The notes below the pieces were generated by a model. It did not search any database. It worked only from the letters and a program-made list of their open reading frames with translations, and was not told where the DNA came from. From assembly GCA_043779265.1 (NCBI GenBank), contig JAYWEM010000047.1, positions 1-12,442 on the forward strand: a stretch of 12,442 nt of DNA, given 5' to 3'. The DNA is from a bacterium (GTDB taxonomy: Bacteria; Eisenbacteria; RBG-16-71-46). Of this stretch, positions 6,836-12,442 are shown in pieces (position 1 is the first letter of the stretch; each line of letters starts with the position of its first letter). A program made the position numbers and the translations under genes.

Positions 6836-7582
6836 TCACAGACCGAGGTCCCAGCGCTGCATCTCGAGGATGGCCCGTGCGTCGGTCAGGCCGAGCTGAA
6901 GCGGTGTCAGAGAGACGCGGCCCTCGTGCACCGCGTGATAGTCGGTGCCGGGCTCGGGCTTCCAGACCGGATCCTCCCCTCCGATCCAGAAGTAGTCCTT
7001 GCCACGGGGATCCACCTTCCGGACGAGCGTGTCCTCGTAGACCCGAGAGCCGAGGCGCGTGAGCTCGAGACCGGTCAGCTCGGCTCGTGCCCGATACGGC
7101 AGATTCAGGTTGAGGAGCCACCGCTCGGATGTGCCCCGGGCGAGCACCTTCGACAGAACGCTCCCGACGATCTCGGCAGACTCCCGGAAGTCCGGCTCCC
7201 CGCGCGTCACCAACGAGGCCGCCAACGCCGGGACCCCCTGGAGTGAGCCCTCGATGGCTGCGGCGACCGTGCCCGAGTAGAACACGTCCTCGCCCATGTT
7301 CGGCCCGAGGTTGATGCCCGAGACGACGAGATCGGGTCGCTCGATGAGCAGCCCGTGGAACGCGATCAGCACACAATCCGTGGGCGTGCCATCGACGCTG
7401 TACACCGCATCACCATGGGGATGGATGCGCAGCGGCCGATGCAGCGTCAGCGAATGCGATGTCGCACTCTGATTGCGATCGGGAGCGATGATCGTGACCT
7501 CTCCGAACGCCTTCAGCACCTGCTTGAGAGCCAGCAGCGCGGGCGAGTGGATGCCGTCATCGTTCGTGACCAGAATGCGCAC
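6836..7582 (-). CDS. surE: 5'/3'-nucleotidase SurE
   Basis: 248 aa with a GTG start and GAGGAG RBS. Motifs ILVTNDDG, GTPTDCV and VSGINLGPNMGEDVFYSGTVAAA. Confidence 0.96.
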   Translation of the reverse strand: MRILVTNDDGIHSPALLALKQVLKAFGEVTIIAPDRNQSATSHSLTLHRPLRIHPHGDAVYSVDGTPTDCVLIAFHGLLIERPDLVVSGINLGPNMGEDVFYSGTVAAAIEGSLQGVPALAASLVTRGEPDFRESAEIVGSVLSKVLARGTSERWLLNLNLPYRARAELTGLELTRLGSRVYEDTLVRKVDPRGKDYFWIGGEDPVWKPEPGTDYHAVHEGRVSLTPLQLGLTDARAILEMQRWDLGL

Positions 7583-7585
7583 GTC

Positions 7586-8263
7586 TCATCTCCTCGGACG
7601 GGGTTCGAACGTGAGCCGGAGCATCATGGCGATGATGCGCGGCACGTCTCGCGTGACACTCAGATGGCTCGTCTCGTCGCCGTAAACGGTCGGAATCGGG
7701 ACCTCCGCGAGCTTGAAGCCGGCTCTCGCGGCTCGCACGGCCATCTCGGTCTCCACTTCGTAGCGACTAGCCGCAACGGTGGTGCCGTTCAGCAGCGCCC
7801 GAGAGTAGAGCCGATAGCCACACTGACTGTCGCTGATCCGCTGCCCGGCGATCGCGCTGCACCAGTTCGAGGAGAACGCGTTGGCGAAGCGACGGTGCGG
7901 CGGCATGTCGGCACTGCGTTCCCGCGTCCCGAGCACGAGATCCGCGCCCGCTGCGGCCGCTGCCAGGAACGATGGGATGCACTCAGGCGGATGCTGACCG
8001 TCCGCGTCCAGCGTGATGACGCCGTCATACGAGGCAAGGTGCCGGAAACCGGCGAGCAGAGCGTGCCCCTTGCCGCGGTTGGCGGCGAACGAGAGGACCT
8101 CCGTACCGAACTGCCTCGCGACTTCGGCGGTTGCATCGCGCGAGCCGTCGTCCACGACGAGTACATGCGGAGGGGCATCGAGTGCCCGGATGCGAAGCAG
8201 CACCTCGCCCAGATGGGCGGCGGCTTGATAGGCGGGGACGAGGGCGGCGATCCGCAGGCTCAT
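7586..8263 (-). CDS. Glycosyltransferase family 2 (DPM/DPG synthase-like)
   Basis: 225 aa from ATG 8263, which overlaps the upstream stop (ATGA). Motifs VPAYQ, VVDDGSRDAT, NRGKG, LDADGQH, DSQCGYR and EVPIPTVY. Confidence 0.92.
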   Translation of the reverse strand: MSLRIAALVPAYQAAAHLGEVLLRIRALDAPPHVLVVDDGSRDATAEVARQFGTEVLSFAANRGKGHALLAGFRHLASYDGVITLDADGQHPPECIPSFLAAAAAGADLVLGTRERSADMPPHRRFANAFSSNWCSAIAGQRISDSQCGYRLYSRALLNGTTVAASRYEVETEMAVRAARAGFKLAEVPIPTVYGDETSHLSVTRDVPRIIAMMLRLTFEPRPRR

Positions 8264-9069
8264 GTGAGGCCCTCGGGCAGCGGCTCGAACGCCGCCCACT
8301 GGGACGCGTTCGATCGGAGCCAGCGGCCCATGAGTTCACGATGCGCACCGCATCGCACCTCGGCCGGCTCGAGCGGCGGACCGACCATCAGGGTGTGTCC
8401 ACCCTGCTCATTGCGGACCATGGCAGCGGGCAGGATGAGTGACCGGGTGCGCTGCGCCAGAGCGGCGGCCCAGCCACAGACCGATCCACCGTGTTTCGCA
8501 TCGGCGCCGCGGTCCCCCATCAGTGCGACCCACTCTCCGGCACGCAGTGCCCCCGAGACGGACGAGAACAGCGCGGTCGGTTCGAGCGAGTCGACCCCGA
8601 AGACACGCCTTCGTTCCTGGAAGAACGGCTCGACGCCACGACCATGCGGACGCGCTGCCAGATGGATGGGGACGCCGAGCGCCCCGAGGAAGGCCGCACC
8701 CCATTCCCAGTTCCCGAGATGGGCGGAGAGCACGACGACGCCCCGTCCGGATGCCATCGCGGCGCGAAGGTGCGCTTCGCCCTCCACGCGGACGCTCCGG
8801 CGCAGATCGGCGGGCGCCATGCAATCGAGGCGGAGGAAGTCGACGAAGGAGAGAGAGAAGTGCTCGAAGGCCGCCCGCGTCATCCGGTGCCGCTCCGACT
8901 CCCGAAGGTCGGGGAGCAGAAGGCCCAGATTCGCCTCGTGGGTCCTCCGGGCTGGCACACGGAGATGGAACGCCACTCGGGCGAGCAGGACCGCCAGGCG
9001 GTCGGCGGCGGGCCCGGGCAGAGCCCGGACGAGCCGTTGCGCCGTGTGATGAGCCAGCTGGGCGATCAT
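8260..9069 (-). CDS. Lysophospholipid acyltransferase family protein (LpxL/HtrB/PatA-like)
   Basis: 269 aa from ATG 9069; the longer ORF start lies inside the tRNA. Motifs GRGVVVLSAHLGNWE (HX4E), ALMGDR and C-terminal QW..F. Confidence 0.88.
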   Translation of the reverse strand: MIAQLAHHTAQRLVRALPGPAADRLAVLLARVAFHLRVPARRTHEANLGLLLPDLRESERHRMTRAAFEHFSLSFVDFLRLDCMAPADLRRSVRVEGEAHLRAAMASGRGVVVLSAHLGNWEWGAAFLGALGVPIHLAARPHGRGVEPFFQERRRVFGVDSLEPTALFSSVSGALRAGEWVALMGDRGADAKHGGSVCGWAAALAQRTRSLILPAAMVRNEQGGHTLMVGPPLEPAEVRCGAHRELMGRWLRSNASQWAAFEPLPEGLT

Positions 9070-9098
9070 CCGTGCTTGCTGTCGGCCGGCGAGTGGAA

Positions 9099-9175
9099 TG
9101 GTCGGGGTGGCGGGATTTGAACCCACGACCCCCTGCCCCCCATGCAGGTGCGCTACCGGGCTGCGCTACACCCCG
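9099..9175 (-). tRNA. tRNA-Pro, anticodon GGG
   Basis: 77 nt, CGGGGTGTAGCGCAGCCCGGTAGCGCA-CCTGC-ATGGGGG-GCAGG-GGGTC-GTGGG-TTCAAAT-CCCGC-CACCCCG-A-CCA. Confidence 0.95.
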
Positions 9176-9210
9176 ACCGATACCCAAGGGGAAAAGACTG
9201 AAGGGCGAGC

Positions 9211-9239
9211 AATCTAAGGGCTTACGAGCCCTCACGCAA
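9211..9239 (-). promoter_or_regulatory. Sigma-70 promoter for tRNA-Pro(GGG) with a dyad in the spacer
   Basis: On the - strand: TTGCGT (9239-9234), 17 nt, TAGATT (9216-9211). The spacer contains AGGGCT-N4-AGCCCT (9217-9232). Confidence 0.65.
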
Positions 9240-9256
9240 GCAAGCCACCCGACGGC

Positions 9257-9652
9257 TCACGTAACGCCCACCACCTCGGGCTCGCGACGCAGTCGGCTGG
9301 CGATGCGTCGGAGTTCGTCGCGCACCTCGAGCACGATGAGACGACGGTCCGCCTCCGCGAACGCCAGTTCCACCTGCGGCGCGTCTTCCTTGCGCTCGTC
9401 GAGCAGCGTGCGCCGGGCTCCGGCGATCGTGAACCCCTTGTCGTAGAGGAGTTCCTTGATGCGCAGCACCATGCGCACCTCGTCGGGCCGGTACATGCGA
9501 TTGCCCGCGCGGTTCTTGCGCGGTCGCAGCATGCTGAACTGGGTCTCCCAGTAACGCAGGACATGCGGCTTCACGTCCAGCATCTCACTCACCTCGCTGA
9601 TCGAGCGGTAGAGCTTGCCGGTCTCGGCTTCATCGGTCTTGCGGGTGGCCAT
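9257..9652 (-). CDS. MerR family transcriptional regulator (short type usually found between ihfA and tRNA-Pro)
   Basis: 131 aa. KLYRSISEVSEMLDVKPHVLRYWETQFSMLRPRKNRAGNRMY...IKELLYDKGFTIAGAR. GAGGAGG RBS. Confidence 0.92.
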   Translation of the reverse strand: MATRKTDEAETGKLYRSISEVSEMLDVKPHVLRYWETQFSMLRPRKNRAGNRMYRPDEVRMVLRIKELLYDKGFTIAGARRTLLDERKEDAPQVELAFAEADRRLIVLEVRDELRRIASRLRREPEVVGVT

Positions 9653-9664
9653 CGGCCCCTCCTC

Positions 9665-10654
9665 TCAGGACTCGCTCTTGAGATCCCGGGTCATCAGGGT
9701 CATCAGCGCGGCGCCAGGGTCCTTCCCCTCGAGGGCGATCGCGCAGACCTGTTCGGTGATGGGCAACTCGATTCCCCGCGACTGTCCCAACTCACGGGCG
9801 ACTCTCGCGGTGTGGATCCCCTCTGCCACCATGAACATCCCGCCCAGGACCTGCTCCAACGGTTGGCCCTTGCCGAGCAGTTCGCCCACGTGGCGATTCC
9901 TGCTGTGTCGGCTCATCGCGGTCGCGATGAGATCTCCCATGCCGGTGAGCCCGAAGAAGGTCTCACGCCTGCCGCCCAGTGCCATGCCGAGACGGCTGAT
10001 CTCCGCAAGTCCGCGTGTCAGCAACGCGCCCTTCGTGTTGTCCCCGAAACCGAGGCCATCGCTCACTCCTGCTGCGATCGCGATCACGTTCTTGAGCGCC
10101 CCCCCCATCTCGCAACCCGGCACATCGTCGTTCGTGTACACCCGAAGCCTCGGACTCGAGACGAGTTGCTGCACCGCCTGCGCCCGAGCTTCATCGACCG
10201 AGGCGGCGACCACCGTGGTCGGAACGCCTGCGGCCACTTCCTCGGCATGACTGGGACCCATGAACGAGACCGGCGCGCCATCCCCGGTCACCTGGGTCAG
10301 CACTTGTGACAGTCGCAGACGCGTTCCGAGCTCCAATCCCTTGCTCGCACAGACCGGAATCCCCTTCGAGCCGATCCCGGTGACCTGCTCGGCGACCGAT
10401 CGGACCGCCTGGGAGGGAACGACATAGAAGTGGAACTCCGCCCCATCGACGGCCTCCCCCAACTCTGGTCGCACCTTAACTCCCTCGGGTAGCGCGATGC
10501 CAGGCAAGAACCTGCGATTCTCTCGCTCGCGCTCCAGCGTCCCGAGTGCCTCCCGATCGCGACCCCACAGTCGGACATCGTGGCCGAGGACAGCCAGATG
10601 CACTGCGAGCGTCGTTCCGAAACTACCTGCACCGAGCACCACCACCGCACTCAT
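9665..10654 (-). CDS. gpsA: NAD(P)H-dependent glycerol-3-phosphate dehydrogenase
   Basis: 329 aa. Motifs GAGSFGT, SKGLE, GPSHAEEV, GGALKNVIAIAAG and GMGDLIATAMSRHSRNR. ATGA overlap with plsY. Confidence 0.96.
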   Translation of the reverse strand: MSAVVVLGAGSFGTTLAVHLAVLGHDVRLWGRDREALGTLERERENRRFLPGIALPEGVKVRPELGEAVDGAEFHFYVVPSQAVRSVAEQVTGIGSKGIPVCASKGLELGTRLRLSQVLTQVTGDGAPVSFMGPSHAEEVAAGVPTTVVAASVDEARAQAVQQLVSSPRLRVYTNDDVPGCEMGGALKNVIAIAAGVSDGLGFGDNTKGALLTRGLAEISRLGMALGGRRETFFGLTGMGDLIATAMSRHSRNRHVGELLGKGQPLEQVLGGMFMVAEGIHTARVARELGQSRGIELPITEQVCAIALEGKDPGAALMTLMTRDLKSES

Positions 10655-11292
10655 GAACGGCCCCCACGGAACTCGAAGCGTCGTTCCTGCCCTCGAACCA
10701 GCCGACCGATGTTGTCACGGTGCCGAACGATCACGAGCACCGCAACCGCGAGGCCGAACAGAGCCGCGGGCGAACGCAATCCCGCCGGGGAGATCGCGAT
10801 CAACGTCGCCGCGAAGCCGACCGAGCCGAGGATCGAACCCAGCGAGATCCACCGCGTGATCGCGACCGATCCGATGAACAGCGCGGCGAAGACACCGAAG
10901 GCGGCCGGGCTGAGCGCGAGCAGCACCCCGACCGTGGTCGCGACGCCCTTGCCCCCCTGGAACCCCGCGAACACCGTGAACATGTGGCCGATGACGGCGG
11001 CGAGACCGCAGGCGATCGGGACCCACTCGCTCCCGCCCGGGAACGACGCGGCCACCGCGGTCGAAGGGAGTATCGCGACCGGAAGTGCCCCTTTGGCGAT
11101 GTCGAGCAACAGCGTCGCGATGCCGATGCCCGGCCCGAGCGAGCGATAGACGTTCGTGGCGCCGAGATTCCCGGAGCCCATGGTGCGAACATCCACCCCG
11201 CGAAGCGCCCGGCCGAGCCACAGCCCCCACGGAAGCGCGCCACAAAGATAGGCGATCGAGACCACGAGGATCGCGGAGATCGCGGGGCTCAT
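10651..11292 (-). CDS. plsY: Glycerol-3-phosphate 1-O-acyltransferase PlsY
   Basis: 213 aa from ATG 11292 (ATGA overlap with the der stop). Motifs GSGNLGATN, LDIAKG, GHMF..F..FQGGKGVAT and HRDNIGRL. Confidence 0.95.
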   Translation of the reverse strand: MSPAISAILVVSIAYLCGALPWGLWLGRALRGVDVRTMGSGNLGATNVYRSLGPGIGIATLLLDIAKGALPVAILPSTAVAASFPGGSEWVPIACGLAAVIGHMFTVFAGFQGGKGVATTVGVLLALSPAAFGVFAALFIGSVAITRWISLGSILGSVGFAATLIAISPAGLRSPAALFGLAVAVLVIVRHRDNIGRLVRGQERRFEFRGGRS

Positions 11293-12442
11293 TCGCTCTT
11301 CTTGACCTTGAACCGCAACGGCGTGCCCTGGAAGTCGAAGTCCACCATGAAGCGGGACCACAGGAAGCGCCGGTAGTTGTCATTCAACCGAGAGGGATGA
11401 TTGACGAACAGCGTGAAGCTGGGCGGGCGCACTCCGGTCTGCGTCATGTAGTAGATCTTCGGAGTCTTGCCGAGCACTGTACTCGGGACCTGGCGACGCC
11501 TTTGCACGTCGATGATCCACTGGTTCAACTTGGCGGTCGAGATCCTGCGCGTGTTCTGCTCGACCCGCTCGAGCACGTACTCCGGGAGCTTGCGGAGATG
11601 GGTGCCGACGAGTGCCGACACCGGGTGGACGGGCAGTTCGGACAGCGTGGGGAATCGTCGCCCCAGGTCTTCGACCACGCCCTTCCACGCCACTTCGCGG
11701 TCCTCCACCAGGTCCCACTTGTTGAACAGGACCAGCAGCGCGCAACCGGCATCGAGCGCGTGGTGCGCGAGCCGGGCCTCCTGTTTCTGGAACCCCTCGG
11801 TGGAGTCGACCACGAGAATGGCGACATCGGAGCGCTCCAGCGCATTCAGGGCGCGCATGGTGGCGTAGAACTCGGCCTGATCCTCGAAGATGGCCTTCCG
11901 CCGGATCCCTGCGGTGTCGACCAGCATGAAGTCACCTTGAGGGGTCTCCCAGCGCGCATCGATCGCATCCATGGTCGTACCCGCGCGCGGCTCCACGAGC
12001 ACGCGCTCCTCACCGATCAGGGCGTTGACCAACGAGCTCTTGCCGACATTCGGACGACCGACGATGGCGACACGAGGCACCCGGACTTCCTCATCGGTCT
12101 CCTCGGGAAGCAGGGCGAGCGTGGCATCGAGCATGTCGCCGATCCCAGTGCCGCCCTCGGCCGCGACCGCAAGCGGCTCGCCGAGTCCGAGGCGGTGGAA
12201 CTCATGCACGATCGTGTCGGCCGGCTTGTCCACTTTGTTCACGACCACCAACGTCGGCACGCCCGTTCGCCTCAGCTGATTGGCGATCGCCTGATCGAGG
12301 TCGGTCACACCGGTCTGCGCGTCGACCACGAAGAGCACGGCGTTCGCCATGCCGATCGCCGCCTCGGCGAGGCGGCGCACATCCGCATCCCGCCCTTCCG
12401 ACGACGCCGGCAGGAAGCCGCCGGTATCGACGAGCACGAAGA
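11289..12442 (-). CDS. der: Ribosome biogenesis GTPase Der (EngA), 5' end outside the window
   Basis: GD1 motifs DTGG and NKVD. GD2 motifs GRPNVGKSS, DTAG and NKWD. KH-like C-terminus KIYYMTQ..RPPSF...FDFQGTP. Conserved der-plsY-gpsA order. Confidence 0.96.
   Translation of the reverse strand, partial: FVLVDTGGFLPASSEGRDADVRRLAEAAIGMANAVLFVVDAQTGVTDLDQAIANQLRRTGVPTLVVVNKVDKPADTIVHEFHRLGLGEPLAVAAEGGTGIGDMLDATLALLPEETDEEVRVPRVAIVGRPNVGKSSLVNALIGEERVLVEPRAGTTMDAIDARWETPQGDFMLVDTAGIRRKAIFEDQAEFYATMRALNALERSDVAILVVDSTEGFQKQEARLAHHALDAGCALLVLFNKWDLVEDREVAWKGVVEDLGRRFPTLSELPVHPVSALVGTHLRKLPEYVLERVEQNTRRISTAKLNQWIIDVQRRRQVPSTVLGKTPKIYYMTQTGVRPPSFTLFVNHPSRLNDNYRRFLWSRFMVDFDFQGTPLRFKVKKSE

Noticed and set aside
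7355..9049. 564-aa + strand ORF (and similar ones at 5292-6497 and 346-1425)
   Set aside because: These lie antisense to clear genes, have Arg/Ala/Pro-rich junk composition, and are expected where stop codons are scarce.
11960..12180. Der motif deviations (GTTMD for GTTRD; VAAEGG for SAxxG)
   Set aside because: The core G1/G3/G4 motifs visible in the window are intact and these positions vary, so there is too little evidence for altered function.

Overview
GC-rich bacterial chromosomal window with mostly core genes and no mobile element or CRISPR array. The + strand (1-4095) carries the 3' end of a MotA/TolQ/ExbB gene, two ExbD/TolR paralogues and a TonB-like protein with an AgmX/PglI-type C-terminal domain; together these resemble the Agl-Glt gliding motor core. 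A TCR/Tet-family MFS transporter translationally coupled to dut follows. The - strand (4131-12442), read in transcription order, carries der (partial), plsY, gpsA, a MerR-family regulator, tRNA-Pro(GGG), an LPLAT acyltransferase, a GT2 glycosyltransferase, surE, tRNA-Pro(CGG), acylphosphatase, an RpoS-like sigma-70 factor, apt and a Trp-rich orphan membrane protein. The main points of interest are: (1) an asymmetric Asn/Asp ExbD pair; (2) a sigma factor with substitutions at the W433, T440, H455 and E458 equivalents plus a region-1.1-like N-terminus, near candidate leaderless promoters with C at -12; (3) a perfect dyad in the tRNA-Pro promoter spacer directly behind the MerR gene; (4) an unusual A32/G38 anticodon loop. 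All calls come from motif recognition by eye; no searches were run.
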